NCBI GenBank assembly: GCA_963834385.1
Contig: CAWIBO010000005.1
Coordinates: 96,001 to 160,000 of the forward strand
Source: an uncultured Verrucomicrobiae bacterium
GTDB taxonomy: Bacteria > Verrucomicrobiota > Verrucomicrobiia > Chthoniobacterales > UBA10450
Direction of reading: 5' to 3'
Length of the DNA stretch: 64,000 nt
How positions within the stretch are numbered: the stretch's first letter is position 1; every line of letters begins with the position of its first letter. The position numbers and the translations under genes are program-made. Below the pieces are notes generated by a model. That model did not search any database and was not told the DNA's origin. It saw nothing but the letters and a program-made list of their open reading frames with translations. Below, piece by piece: positions 39,409-50,767 of the stretch.

Positions 39409-42400
39409 ATGAGCGCGGGCCTGGAGTTTCGGTTGAACGGCGCGCCCGTGCGCGTCGAGGGCGTTTCCCCGAACGTCACGCTGCTGAACTGGCTGCGGGA
39501 ACGCGGCCTGACCGGTTCCAAGGAGGGCTGCGCCGAGGGCGATTGCGGCGCCTGCTCGGTGGCGATCGTCGATCGCGACGCGAAAGGGCAGGCGATGCTA
39601 CCGCTCCGTCAACAGTTGCCTGATGCCGCTCCCGTTGGTCGCCGGGCGCGATGTGATCACGGTGGAAGGCGTCGCGGGCGAGGCGGGCAAAGACGGGGAA
39701 GCCGCGGGCCGGAACGGTGGCTGTGCGCTGCACCCGGTGCAGCAGGCCATGGTGGAACATTTCGGATCGCAATGCGGCTATTGCACGCCCGGGTTCATCA
39801 TGTCGCTCTTTGAAGGGTATTATCGGAAGGATCTCACCACCCCGGGCCAGCTCGACGAACAACTCTGCGGCAATCTCTGCCGGTGCACCGGTTACCGGCC
39901 GATCCGCGACGCGGCGCGGGCGGCCCTGGCCGTGCGCGAAAAGAACGATCGGTTTTTGGCGGAGCTCAAAGGCGGGAAAGGCAGGATCGGTTCCGTCCGT
40001 TACGCCAGTGGCGGTGAAAAATTTCTCCGGCCCGTCTCCCTGGCGAAACTGTTCGCGGCCATGCAGGAAAATCCGGAGGCGCGCCTGATCGCGGGAGCGA
40101 CCGAGCTCGGCCTCGAGATCACCAAGAAGTTCAGGAAGTTCCCCGTCCTGATCTCATTGGAGGCGGTGCCGGAGTTGAACGAGGTGAGCGCCGACGCCTC
40201 GACCTGGACGATTGGCGCCGCCACCAACCTGACCCGGCTCGATGATCTTCTCGGAGCGGAATATCCCGAGCTGCACGAGATGCTCATCCTTTTCGGGTCG
40301 CGCCAGATCCGCAACCGCGCCACTCTCGGCGGCAACCTCGTCACGGCCTCGCCGATTGGCGACTCGGCGCCGGTCCTGCTCGCGCTCGAGGCCAGCGTGA
40401 TTCTGGCTTCCGCCACGGGCGAACGCACCCTTCCGCTCGACCAGTTCTTTGTTTCCTATCGCCAAACGGCCCTGGCGCCCGGCGAAATTCTCAAGGCCGT
40501 GCTGCTGCCCCGCTTCCCGGAAAAAGAACGGGTGGTTCGCCGTTTCTACAAGGTGTCGAAGCGGCGCGAGATGGATATCAGCACCGTGGCCGGTGCGTTT
40601 GTCCTGCGCCTGGACGAACGAAACGTCATCACCCGCGCCCGGCTCGCCTATGGCGGCGTCGCGGCCATGCCGGTCCGGGCGCGCGCGACCGAGCAGGCCC
40701 TCGAAGGCCGCGCCTGGGATGAGGCAGACCCTCGCGGCGGTGCGGCCCACGCTGGAGAAGGAGTTCGCGCCGATCTCGGATGTGCGCGGCAGCGCGGCTT
40801 ACCGGGGACGGCTCATCGCCAGTCTGCTCGAGAAATGTTTTGCCGGGGAAGATTCCCTTGCGGCCGAAGTGACAACGCCGCTGTCGAGACCCGCCGTCCG
40901 ATGCCGAGTGCCTTGCGCAAAACGGCGTCGCTGCCGCACGAAAGCGCGCACAAACACGTCACCGGCGAAGCGGTTTATGTGGATGACCGCGCCCAGAGTG
41001 AGGAGATGCTCGAGGTCTGTCCGGTCTGCGCGCCGCATGCCCGGGCAAAGATTATCGCGCGCGACGCGGCCGCGGCCCGCGCCCTCCCGGGTGTCCGCGC
41101 CGTGCTCCTGGCCGAGGATGTGCCGGGATTAAACGATGTCGGGGCGGTGCGGCACGACGAAATCCTGCTGGCCGACCGGGAAGTCTTTTACCACGGGCAG
41201 ATCGTTGCGCTGGTCGTGGCCGAGACGGAAGAGATCGCCCGGGCGGCGGCGGCTTTGGTCGCGGTCGAATACGAGCCGATGCCTCCGATCTTCACGATTG
41301 AAGAGGCCATTGCGGCCGAAAGTTTTCACACTGAACCGAACTTTATCCGGCGCGGTGATGTCGGTTTGGCGTTGCGTGAGGCGTCCAGCCGCCTTCAAGG
41401 CGAGTTCTCCTTTGGCGGCCAGGACCATTTCTACCTGGAAACGAATGCCGCCTGGGCCGAGGCGGGTGAAGACGGCACGATCTTCGTCAGCTCCTCCACG
41501 CAGCATCCCTCCGAGGTGCAGCACATCGTCGCCCACGTGCTCAAGCTGCCGATGAGCAGCGTGGTGGTGGAATGCCCGCGCATGGGCGGCGGGTTCGGCG
41601 GCAAGGAAACGCAGGCGGCCGGTCTGGCGGCGCTCGCCGCGCTCGCGGCCACGATGACGCGGCGAAAGGTCCGGATCCGTTACAACCGCGACCAGGACAT
41701 GATGATCACCGGCAAACGGCATCCGTTCCTTGGGCGGTTCGAGGTGGGCTTCACCCCGGAAGGTCTTCTGACGGCGGCGCGGGTCGAGCTTTTCTCGAAC
41801 GGCGGCTGGTCGCTCGATCTTTCCCGCGCGGTGACTGATCGCGCCGTTTTTCATCTCGATAACGCTTATTACATCCCGAACGTTGAGTTCAGCGGCGCGG
41901 TGGCAAAGACAAACCTCGCTTCCAACACCGCCTTTCGCGGATTTGGCGGCCCGCAGGGAATGCTGGTGATCGAGGAGATCCTTGATCGCGTGGCGCGCGC
42001 CACCGGCCTGGCCCCCGAGATGGTGCGGGAACGCAATCTTTATCGCGGGACCGGCGAGACCAACACCACGCATTACGGCCAGGAGATCGAGGACAACCGG
42101 ATCCAGCGTGTCTGGCACGAGCTGATGGAATCCAGCGAGTTTGCGGGGCGCCGCGCAGAGCAGCGCCGGTGGAACGCGGAGCACCAGCATCGGAAGCGGG
42201 GGCTGGCCATGACGCCGGTCAAGTTCGGGATCTCCTTTACCACCACCCACCTGAACCAGGCCGGCGCGCTCGTCCTGCTCTACCAGGATGGGACGGCGCA
42301 GGTGAACCATGGCGGCACCGAGATGGGGCAGGGCGTCTACAGCAACATCGCGCTGATTGCCGCGCGCGAGCTCGGCTTTTCGCCCGACCGCATCCGGGTC

Positions 42401-43279
42401 ATGGCCACCCGCACTGACAAGGTGCCGAACACCTCCGCCACCGCCGCTTCCTGCGGCACCGACCTGAACGGCGCGGCCGTGCGCGATGCCTGCCTGACCC
42501 TGCGGAAGCGCCTGCTTCCGTTCGCGGTCGAACTGGTGACGGCCAAAACGGGACGCGCGCTTCCGCCGGAGAAGATCGCGTTTCTCGACAACTTCGTTTT
42601 CGATCTGGAAATGCCCGGCCAGCAGGTGCCGGTGGCGGAGGTTCTCCAGCGGGCCTATTTCGCCCGGACGAGCCTGAGCGCGACCGGTTTTTACAAAACG
42701 CCCGATATCAACTACGACCGCGAGGCGGGACGCGGGAAACCGTTCCATTATTTTGCGGTCGGCGCCGCCGTGAGCGAGGTCGAGGTGGATGGTCTCACCG
42801 GGATGCACCAAATTCGGCGGGTCGATATCCTGCACGACGCGGGCGACCCGGTGAATTACGGGATCACGCGCGGCCAGATCGAGGGCGGGTTTGTGCAGGG
42901 AGCGGGCTGGCTCACCTGCGAGGAGCTGGTCTGGGATTCCGACGGCCGGTTGCGGACCCATTCGCCCGACACCTACAAGATCCCGGCGGTGGGGGACGCG
43001 CCGGATCTGTTCAACGTCCAGCTCTTGAGCGAGGCGACCCAGGCCAACGTGGTGCACGGGAGCAAGGCGGTGGGCGAACCGCCGCTCATGCTGGCGATCT
43101 CCGTGCGCGAGGCGATTCGCGACGCGGTGGCGGCGTTTGTTGAAGCGGAAGGCCCGGTGCCGCTGGCCTCCCCGGCCACGGCTGAGGCGATCTCGAACGC
43201 GATCGCCGGGCGATCAAGCCGGCCGAAACCGGCCGACGCCACCCCGGAGCATGCCATGGCCGATACGGTTCTGCAGTGA
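39409..43279 (+). CDS. xdhB: xanthine dehydrogenase: 2Fe-2S, FAD and molybdopterin domains (XdhA-XdhB, possibly fused); frameshifts near 39595 and 40730-40900
   Basis: [77 protein letters not shown]. Confidence 0.93.
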
Positions 43280-43287
43280 ACCTCCCG

Positions 43288-43334
43288 GGTAGGGTGGGCG
43301 TCCCGCCCGCCGGTCCGGGCGTCTCGCCCGGACG
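43288..43334. repeat. GTAG-type REP-like palindrome pair
   Basis: gtagggtgggcgtcccgcccgcc followed by gtccgggcgtctcgcccggac hairpin just after the xdh stop. Confidence 0.65.
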
Positions 43335-43501
43335 CACTTTCGTGTCCCCTCTACGCGCAGAGCCTATTTTTTCCGGGAGTAAGCAAGAGCGGTCAGAGTC
43401 CGACAAACCCGTTCCGCATCCGGTGGTTTATCCCGCTGGCCAAGCGCGTTAACTCGCGGCTATGATCCCGTGCCCGCCGGCCAACCGGGGATGGCGAATC
43501 G

Positions 43502-45232
43502 ATGAGACAACTCCAGCATAAACTGAGCGTGGCCCGCGGCGAAGAGCCGGCGGAATTGCTCTTCAAGAACGCGCGCCTGATCAATGTCTTCAGCGGCGAG
43601 ATCCATCCGGCCAGCGTGGCGGTGGACGACGGGCGGGTGATCGGTTTCGGAGATTATGAAGCGCGGGAAACCATCGATCTCGAAGGGGCTTTCCTCGCCC
43701 CCGGGCTGATTGACGGGCATTTTCACGTCGAAAGCACGCTCGTGACCGTGCCGGAGTTCGCGCGCGCGGTGGTGCCGCGAGGGACTTCCGCGATGGTGAT
43801 CGATCCGCACGAACTGACCAACGTCCTTGGGCGTGAAGGTATCGATTATGTGGTGGCGGCGAGCCGCGGACTGCCGATCGACTTTTTTATCATGCTGCCG
43901 TCGTGCGTCCCGGCGACCCACCTCGAGACGAGCGGCGCGCGCCTGCAGGCTTCCGATCTCGCCGAGATGATCAACGGCGAGCGCGTGGCTGGCGTGGCGG
44001 AGCTGATGAATTATCCGGGCGTTTTCCTGGGACTGGAAACAGAGCTGGCCAAGGTTCGCGCGGGCAAGGGCAAGCTGATCGACGGTCACGCCCCGGGCTT
44101 GCGCGGGCGCAACCTGAACGCCTACGCCCTCGCCGGGGTCCGCTCCGATCACGAGAGCACGGAGCTGGAGGAAGCGCGGGAGAAACTGCGGCTCGGGTTT
44201 CATCTCCTCGTGCGCGAGGGGAGCACGGAACGCAATCTCGAGCACCTCATTCCGCTCGTGACCCCGCAAAACTCGTCCAACTGCTCGTTTGCCACCGACG
44301 ATAAACTGCCGAGCGATCTGCTCGACGAAGGCCACATCGATCACTCGATCCGCAAGGCCATCGGGCTCGGCCTCGACCCGGTCACCGCCGTCCAGATGGG
44401 CACGATCAACACCGCCCGCCATTATCGCCTGCGCAATCATGGCGCGATCGCGCCGCGTTACTGGGCTGATTTCATTGTCCTCGATGACCTGACGACCTTC
44501 AAAATCCGGCGCGTCTACAAAAAGGGCCGGCTGGTCGCGGAGGAAGGGCGTTATCTCGGGGAGAAGGTCGCGGCCCCGCCGTCGCCCCGCCAAAGCATGA
44601 ATGTCCGTTTCGGGGGCGCGACCGACATCGCGGTCCAGGCCGCAGGCGCCGAAAAGATCCGGGTGATCGAGATCATTCCCGATCAGATCGTGACGAATTC
44701 CGTGGAGCTGAAACCGAAGATCGAGGAGGACCGCATTGTCTCCGATCCGTCCCGCGACATCCTCAAGCTTGTGGTGGTGGAACGGCACCATGGCACCGGC
44801 AACGTCGGGGTCGGGTTTGTTCGCGGCTTTGGCCTGAAAAACGGCGCCCTCGGTTCGACCGTGGCCCACGACGCGCACAACATCGTGGTGGTGGGGGTGG
44901 CGGATGATGACATCGTGGCGGCGGTGCAGGCCTTGGAGAAAATGGGCGGCGGGCAGCTGGCGGTGGAGCAGGGGAAGGTGACCGCTTCGCTGCCGTTGCC
45001 GATCGCCGGGCTGATCTCCGACCGCCCGCTGGCGGAAGTGGTGGAGCAGTTGCGGGGATTGAACGCCGCCGCGGCGACGCTCGGGACCGCGCTCCCGGCC
45101 CCGTTCATGTCGCTTTCTTTCCTCAGCCTTTCCCCGATCCCCGCGCTCAAGTTGACCGACCAGGGGCTGGTGGACGCCGTGAGAATGGAGCTGATCCCGC
45201 TGATCGCAGTGCCGAAAAGCAAAGCCCCGTGA
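43502..45232 (+). CDS. ade: adenine deaminase
   Basis: PGLIDGHFHVES, DPHE, SCVPAT, DGHAP, SDHE, REGS, TDD, STVAHDAHN. Confidence 0.96.
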   Translation: MRQLQHKLSVARGEEPAELLFKNARLINVFSGEIHPASVAVDDGRVIGFGDYEARETIDLEGAFLAPGLIDGHFHVESTLVTVPEFARAVVPRGTSAMVIDPHELTNVLGREGIDYVVAASRGLPIDFFIMLPSCVPATHLETSGARLQASDLAEMINGERVAGVAELMNYPGVFLGLETELAKVRAGKGKLIDGHAPGLRGRNLNAYALAGVRSDHESTELEEAREKLRLGFHLLVREGSTERNLEHLIPLVTPQNSSNCSFATDDKLPSDLLDEGHIDHSIRKAIGLGLDPVTAVQMGTINTARHYRLRNHGAIAPRYWADFIVLDDLTTFKIRRVYKKGRLVAEEGRYLGEKVAAPPSPRQSMNVRFGGATDIAVQAAGAEKIRVIEIIPDQIVTNSVELKPKIEEDRIVSDPSRDILKLVVVERHHGTGNVGVGFVRGFGLKNGALGSTVAHDAHNIVVVGVADDDIVAAVQALEKMGGGQLAVEQGKVTASLPLPIAGLISDRPLAEVVEQLRGLNAAAATLGTALPAPFMSLSFLSLSPIPALKLTDQGLVDAVRMELIPLIAVPKSKAP

Positions 45233-45867
45233 AAATTTACGATATTTCGCGCGTGCTCTCGTCCGAACTGGCGCCGTGGCCGGGCGACACCACGTTCCAG
45301 TATGAGCTGGCGGCCACCATTGCCGGCGGTTACTCCGTGAACGTCGGCCGCGTCACGGCCAGCATTCATACCGGCAGCCATGTGGACGCCTTCTATCACT
45401 TCGACGATGCCGGGAAAAAACTGGAGGCGCTCGAGCTGGAACGTTACCTGGGCCCGGCCCTTGTCGTTGATGTGACCGCGAAATGCGGCCGCGATCCGGC
45501 TGCCGTTATTTCCGTGACCGATCTCGAGCCGTTTGTGGCGCGGAACGTGGCCCGGTTGCTCCTGCGCACCGGTGGCTGGCCCGACTCGAACCGCTTTCCC
45601 GCCTCGATTCCCGTGATGGCGCCCGACGTTCCGGAATACCTGCGGGAAACGGGGGTGCGACTCCTTGGGCTTGATGTGCCGTCGGTGGACGCGATTGACT
45701 CGAAAGATCTGAAGAATCACCACGCCCTCGCGGCCGCCGATGTGGCGATTCTCGAGGGACTCGATCTTTCAGGGATTGAGGCCGGCGAGTATATGCTCTC
45801 CGCACTGCCGCTGCGGATTGCCGGGGCGGACGGTTCGCCGGTGCGCGCTGTTCTCTGGCGCGACTGA
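45229..45867 (+). CDS. cyclase family metallohydrolase, KynB (kynurenine formamidase)-like
   Basis: WPGDT, HTGSHVDAFYH, LGLDVPSVD, ILEGLDL, ADGSPVRAVL. Confidence 0.8.
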   Translation: MKIYDISRVLSSELAPWPGDTTFQYELAATIAGGYSVNVGRVTASIHTGSHVDAFYHFDDAGKKLEALELERYLGPALVVDVTAKCGRDPAAVISVTDLEPFVARNVARLLLRTGGWPDSNRFPASIPVMAPDVPEYLRETGVRLLGLDVPSVDAIDSKDLKNHHALAAADVAILEGLDLSGIEAGEYMLSALPLRIAGADGSPVRAVLWRD

Positions 45868-45871
45868 CCCG

Positions 45872-47344
45872 ATGCGTTCCCCGACGGAACCGGCCTGGCT
45901 GGAAGAGCCCGGAACTTTCTGGATGCTGGCGGGGCTGATCGTGCTGCTTTTCGCCCTGACCAATCTGCCCTGGACGCTGGACGACTATGACCAGGCCAAA
46001 CAGGCCTACACCTCGTTCGAGATGGTGGAAGGCGGGCAATGGCTCTACCAGCACACGCCCAATGGAAAGACCGCGACAAAGCCGCCTTTGCTGGGGTGGA
46101 TCTCGGCTGGTCTCTATTCTTCCACCGGCTCGTGGGAGCTGGCCTGGCGTCTGCCACCGCTTCTTTCCGCGTTGATCCTGCTCGGGGTGATTTATCGCGC
46201 GGCCGCCAATGCCTTCGGCGCCGCCGCCGGGCTCATGGCGCTGGGTGCCGCCGGCCTCAATTTTCTTTCACCGCGCCTTGCGACTCTTGTCCGGACCGAC
46301 ATGACCCTGGCGCTGCTGATTTTTCTGCTCGGCTGGCAGATCTGGCAAAAGGTGCGGCGAAACGAGCCCTGGGAATTCGAGGATCGCCTGATCGCCTTTC
46401 TTCTCCTGGCCGCGGCCATGCTGATCAAAGGCCCGATCGTTTACGCTTTTCTCTGGCCGGGCCTGGTCGCTTTTCACTTCTGGAAACGGCGACGCGCCCC
46501 GCAGGTGCGGGCCTGGTGCGGCTGGTCGCCCTGGTTCTGGTCGCTCGTTCTTTTCCTCGGCTGGGCCGTGGGCGGCATCTTTTTCATGCCGGGATTTTTT
46601 GATGATGTCGTGATGAAAGAGTTCCTCGGGCGCTTCGGCGAAACGGCGCACCGGCCGCAACCGTTCTATTTCTATCTGCCGCATTTGCTCTGGCGCATGG
46701 CGCCCTGGAGCGTCCTGCTCCTCGCTTTTGCCGTTCTGTTGCGACGGGAACGCGGCGCCGCGCGCCCGCCGATGCAGCCGGAAACGGCCTGGCTCGTCTG
46801 CTGGGTGCTCGGCGCCCTCGTGGTCATGTCCCTGATCCCGTCGAAACGCGTGGACCGGATTTATCCCGTGGTCCCGCCGCTGGCGCTTTTGCTCGGCCTC
46901 ACCTACCAGCGACTGGTTGCGCGGGAGGAACTGCGCGCCCGGGCGCGCCAATGGGCGACGCTGACCCTGCTGGCCGCGGCGGTTGCGGCCACCGGCTACA
47001 CCACCGCCAGGATTTATTTTTCCTGGCGGGCGGACGATGCCGCCCTGACCCGTTTCGCCGGGCAGGTCCGGGAGGAAGCCGCCCGGCACGACTGGCAGTA
47101 TGCCGTGGTCGGCAAACGGCACGAGGGACTGCTGCTCTACCTTGGCAAACTGCGCTTCGTCAGCCTGGAAGAAGCGGCACGACTCTGGCGCGAGGGCGCA
47201 ATCGACGCCGTGGTGGCGCCGGATGACGAGCGCGCGCGGCTCCTGCGCGATCTCGAGGGATCCATCCCGGCCTGGCCGGAGGTGCGTTCCCCGCGGAAAC
47301 GCAATGCGCATTACATCATGCTGGCGCGTTCGCGCGCCCCTTAG
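45872..47344 (+). CDS. ArnT/GT39-like membrane glycosyltransferase
   Basis: DQAKQAY, TKPPLLGW, AWRLP, VRTDM, LIKGP, QPFYFY, SKR..RIYP; many TM helices. Confidence 0.82.
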   Translation: MRSPTEPAWLEEPGTFWMLAGLIVLLFALTNLPWTLDDYDQAKQAYTSFEMVEGGQWLYQHTPNGKTATKPPLLGWISAGLYSSTGSWELAWRLPPLLSALILLGVIYRAAANAFGAAAGLMALGAAGLNFLSPRLATLVRTDMTLALLIFLLGWQIWQKVRRNEPWEFEDRLIAFLLLAAAMLIKGPIVYAFLWPGLVAFHFWKRRRAPQVRAWCGWSPWFWSLVLFLGWAVGGIFFMPGFFDDVVMKEFLGRFGETAHRPQPFYFYLPHLLWRMAPWSVLLLAFAVLLRRERGAARPPMQPETAWLVCWVLGALVVMSLIPSKRVDRIYPVVPPLALLLGLTYQRLVAREELRARARQWATLTLLAAAVAATGYTTARIYFSWRADDAALTRFAGQVREEAARHDWQYAVVGKRHEGLLLYLGKLRFVSLEEAARLWREGAIDAVVAPDDERARLLRDLEGSIPAWPEVRSPRKRNAHYIMLARSRAP

Positions 47345-47389
47345 AAAAGCGTTCCGCTTTCGTCCCGGAACAGCTACGTTTTCGCCGCG

Positions 47390-47906
47390 ATGACTTTCCC
47401 GAAGGATCATCTCGAAACGCTCTGGTGCCCGTGGCGGGTCGAGTATTTCGAGCAGGAGAAAAACCCCGCGTTTCTCGAGGAGGCGGCCCGCGCGACCGAC
47501 GACGCGGCGCACCTGGTTTTAACGCGGCGAAAGAACGCCTTTCTGCTCATGAACCGGTATCCTTATTCGGTGGGGCATCTCCTGGCCGTGCCTTATCGCA
47601 AGGTTGGCGACCCTGCGGCCCTCGGCGAAAACGAGGTGCTCGATCTCTGGAACCTCGCCCTGCGGGGCCAGAAACTTCTGCGGGAGGTAACCCGGGCGGA
47701 AGGATTCAACATCGGCCTGAACCTGGGGGAATGCGCGGGGGCGGGGGTGCCCGACCATCTGCACCTGCATATTGTGCCCGCGCTGGAGCGGCGACACCAA
47801 TTTCATGCCGATCCTCGGCGGACCCCGCCTGCTGGGGGAAGCTTTGCAGGGTCTTTACGAAAAGCTGCTGACAGCGCAGGAACAGCTCGCTACGAATAGG
47901 GTATGA
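47390..47906 (+). CDS. HIT family hydrolase; frameshift near 47780
   Basis: LWCPWR, MNRYPY..GHLL, GFNIGLNLG..AGAG, HLHLHIVP; then RWSGDTNFMP in the next frame, ending TGA 47906 (ATGA overlap). Confidence 0.88.
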
Positions 47907-48550
47907 CGACTCCGAACACCTGGATCGAGCCGCCGCCGCGCAAAGGCATGGGATGTTTTGCCAAGGGCTGCCTCATCCTGTTTGCTTTCACCGCTCTCCT
48001 GATTGTCGCCCTGGTCGCCGGTGGCGTCTTCGCCGTGCGCAAGGTCAAGACCGAGTTTCTCCCGGGGGAACCGTTGCCCATGCCGCCGGTGCAATATGTC
48101 GAGTCCGAGATTCGTTCCGCCGACGAACGCTGGGACACCTTCGTCGATACCTCGGAAGCCGGGCAACCGGCCCGGATTGAGCTGACCGAAAAGGAGGTCA
48201 ACGATCTGCTCGCGGCCGATCCCGACACGCGCGGCCGATTTTATGTCACCCTTTCCGAGAACACCGGGAAGCTTCAGATCTCCATCCCGCTCAAGGACGT
48301 GCCGTTCCTGAACGATCGTTATCTCAACGCCGTGGCCGTGGTCGCGGCCGGAGCCGACAAGACGATCCCGGGAGCCGAGGTGCGCCAGATCCAGATCAAT
48401 GGCCGCGATTTCTCCAACGACGTCCTCGACTGGCAATACCAGTCGAAATCGGTGCGCGGCGCTGCGGAGGATTTCGCGAAGGACCAGAACATCACGCTCT
48501 TCGACATTGTCGACGGCAAACTGATCCTCGAGGCGAACTCGCCCCGCTGA
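47903..48550 (+). CDS. hypothetical membrane-anchored protein
   Basis: PPPRKGMGCFAKGCLIL followed by a TM helix and a soluble domain. Confidence 0.75.
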   Translation: MTTPNTWIEPPPRKGMGCFAKGCLILFAFTALLIVALVAGGVFAVRKVKTEFLPGEPLPMPPVQYVESEIRSADERWDTFVDTSEAGQPARIELTEKEVNDLLAADPDTRGRFYVTLSENTGKLQISIPLKDVPFLNDRYLNAVAVVAAGADKTIPGAEVRQIQINGRDFSNDVLDWQYQSKSVRGAAEDFAKDQNITLFDIVDGKLILEANSPR

Positions 48551-50200
48551 TCAGGGCCGGATGATTTCGCGCGCGAAAACGTTGATCTGGCCGCTGCCCT
48601 GTTTGCGGATCTCCGTGATCTCAAACGGCCGCAAGCCGTCCCGGACGATGATGCTTCCCTGCGCGGGGAGGGGATAGCCCGCCGGGAAATCGACCACCAC
48701 GCGGGTGGAACTCCCGGCCCCGGCCAGCCGGAGAACCGTGTCGGTCAGTCGGCCGCGCGGCCGGAGCACGGCGCGGTTGGCGTCGACGAAGTTCACCACG
48801 AATTGTCCGCGCAGGTAATAGCGTTCGCCGGCGGTGCCACGTTCCGCCACCTCGTTGATCTCCGCCGGATTGATCAAACGGCCCGCGGGCATCTTGCCCG
48901 GGTCGAAAACGCGCCAGGAACCGCCCCCGGCGGTCGAAGCGAGTGAATTGTTGTCCTGTTCCGGCACCGGGATGGCCGGCAAGACCGTCGGTGGCGTCAC
49001 GGCCTCCGGTTCCGCCTCGGCCACGGCATCGGCCTCATCATCAGCCGGCTGCGCGCGCGGCGCCACGATTGGCGGCACTGCCGGCGCCGGGGTGGACTTC
49101 GCGATTTGGCGGGGTGTCGGGGTCGGCGTTGCCGCCGGCGCGACCACACGTTCCTCGCCCTCGCTCGCGGGCTCGGGCGCCTTCGCCGGGGCCGTCTCGT
49201 TTTTCGCCACGGTCATCGGCGTTGCCGTTGCCACCGGTGAAGCCGTCGCGGCCGCGGCGGTCACCGGAGCCGGCGTTTCACCCCCGACAGCCTGGGCCGG
49301 GGCCACGCGGATCAGCTCGTTCTCGGCCGGGGTTTCCTTCGCTGACGCAGCAGAGGCGGCATCGGCCACCGCCGGGCTCGCGGTTTCCACCGGCAATCCC
49401 TGGCGGAACCGTTCGTAGCGCGTCTCGGCCACGCGACGCAGCGGTTCCTTGAAGAGCGGCCAGCCCGCCACCAGGTTCAGGTCATTCGGCGGCTCGAGGC
49501 TGAAAGTGGCGGTCCCGCGCGTGACGGTGTAGCTCCCGTAAAGCAGCGGGACCGCGGTGATCAGCAGCCGGCCATCGGGCAAACGGGTCGCGCGGATGAT
49601 GGCGGAAAGATCGTGCGTCCGCTCCAGCCGAATCTCCAGCCCGGTCGCCAGCGTCTGTTTCATCAGCGGCACATCCTGCGGGTTGCCCGGATAGAGATGC
49701 TCCATGAGCAGTTCGCCGCGGTCGGAGGCGCGGGTCAGCGCCACCATGCCGTTGGTAAAGATGTCGTCGTCGCCCAGCTCGCGCGCGTCGAGAATCTCGT
49801 AGCGCCCAACCACGTATGGAATCCGGCCGGAGACGTGCTGAAAGTTGCGGATGTAGTTGCGGGTTAGCTCGGCGTTTTTCTTGGCCAGCTCGGCCGGCCG
49901 CATCGCGATGTAACGCTCGTAGATCTGTTTCGGGCTGAGGAATTCGCCCCCGGGTGCGGCCGTCAGCTCGAACCGCTTCGGCGGATCGATCTTTTGCAGC
50001 TTTTGCAGGATGCGATAGCTGTCCGGCCGTTCCGGTTGCCCGAAGATGTAATAACTGCCGAGCCAGGCGGCGAGCGCGAAGCCCATCAGTAAAAGCAGCG
50101 TGATGGTCCAGCCGAAAAAATTCGTCCGGCGATGGGGCCGCGCATACCGCTCATCATAGCGGAAGAGCGTCTGGTCTAGCTCACGCTGGTGGCGCGTCAC
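48551..50200 (-). CDS. hypothetical protein with TM anchor and Ala/Pro/Thr-rich linker
   Basis: 549-aa ORF, one TM helix, two globular regions. Confidence 0.75.
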   Translation of the reverse strand: MTRHQRELDQTLFRYDERYARPHRRTNFFGWTITLLLLMGFALAAWLGSYYIFGQPERPDSYRILQKLQKIDPPKRFELTAAPGGEFLSPKQIYERYIAMRPAELAKKNAELTRNYIRNFQHVSGRIPYVVGRYEILDARELGDDDIFTNGMVALTRASDRGELLMEHLYPGNPQDVPLMKQTLATGLEIRLERTHDLSAIIRATRLPDGRLLITAVPLLYGSYTVTRGTATFSLEPPNDLNLVAGWPLFKEPLRRVAETRYERFRQGLPVETASPAVADAASAASAKETPAENELIRVAPAQAVGGETPAPVTAAAATASPVATATPMTVAKNETAPAKAPEPASEGEERVVAPAATPTPTPRQIAKSTPAPAVPPIVAPRAQPADDEADAVAEAEPEAVTPPTVLPAIPVPEQDNNSLASTAGGGSWRVFDPGKMPAGRLINPAEINEVAERGTAGERYYLRGQFVVNFVDANRAVLRPRGRLTDTVLRLAGAGSSTRVVVDFPAGYPLPAQGSIIVRDGLRPFEITEIRKQGSGQINVFAREIIRP

Positions 50201-50207
50201 GTGGCGG

Positions 50208-50540
50208 CTATTTCGCGGTGGGCTCGAACGACGTGCCGCACCCGCAGGTGCGGGCCGCGTTCGGATTCACAATGCGGAAACCGGTGCCGGTCAGGCCGTC
50301 ATGATAATCCAGGGTCGCGCCGGCGAGGTGCTGGGCGCTCTCGGCGTCGACGAGGAAATCCACCCCGTCGCGGCTGACCACGGCGTCGTCGCCTTTGCGG
50401 GCGTCGAGCAGCATCTCGTATTGCAGACCGGAGCAGCCGCCCCGGGCAATCTGCACGCGCAGACCTTTCCCCTCGCTCCCAGGCTGGTCTTGCAGGAGCG
50501 AATGGAGGTGGCGCACGGCGCTGTCGGTCACTTCAATCAT
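50208..50540 (-). CDS. IscA/HesB iron-sulfur cluster assembly accessory protein
   Basis: GGCSGLQY, LDY, NPNAARTCGCGTSF. Confidence 0.95.
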   Translation of the reverse strand: MIEVTDSAVRHLHSLLQDQPGSEGKGLRVQIARGGCSGLQYEMLLDARKGDDAVVSRDGVDFLVDAESAQHLAGATLDYHDGLTGTGFRIVNPNAARTCGCGTSFEPTAK

Positions 50541-50603
50541 GCCTGAAACGAAACTATCGCCGCAGGGGTTCAAGTCAACCGGCGCATGTCCCGTCAGCCG
50601 TTT

Positions 50604-50737
50604 ATCACCACAGAGAAGACAGAGGACACAGAGAACGGCAACCCCCGGTGGGGCGCGACTCGGTCGAGCCTGAGAGCAGGTTTAACCACAGAGACGCAGA
50701 GGGCGCAGAGGGGGAGCCTTGGGGAAACTGGGAGACG
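50604..50737. repeat. third copy of the REP + cacagag composite repeat
   Basis: 50642-50737 matches 35441-35537 (cccccgg-REP-aggtttaaccacagagacgcagagggcgcagagg...ggagacg). Confidence 0.85.
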
Positions 50738-50767
50738 ACCCGGGGCTTGGGGGGGCCAAAGCGGCGG

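Noticed and set aside
43335..43501. Purine riboswitch upstream of ade
   Set aside because: No recognisable purine-aptamer core; only a REP-like hairpin nearby and a possible TATGAT -10 element.
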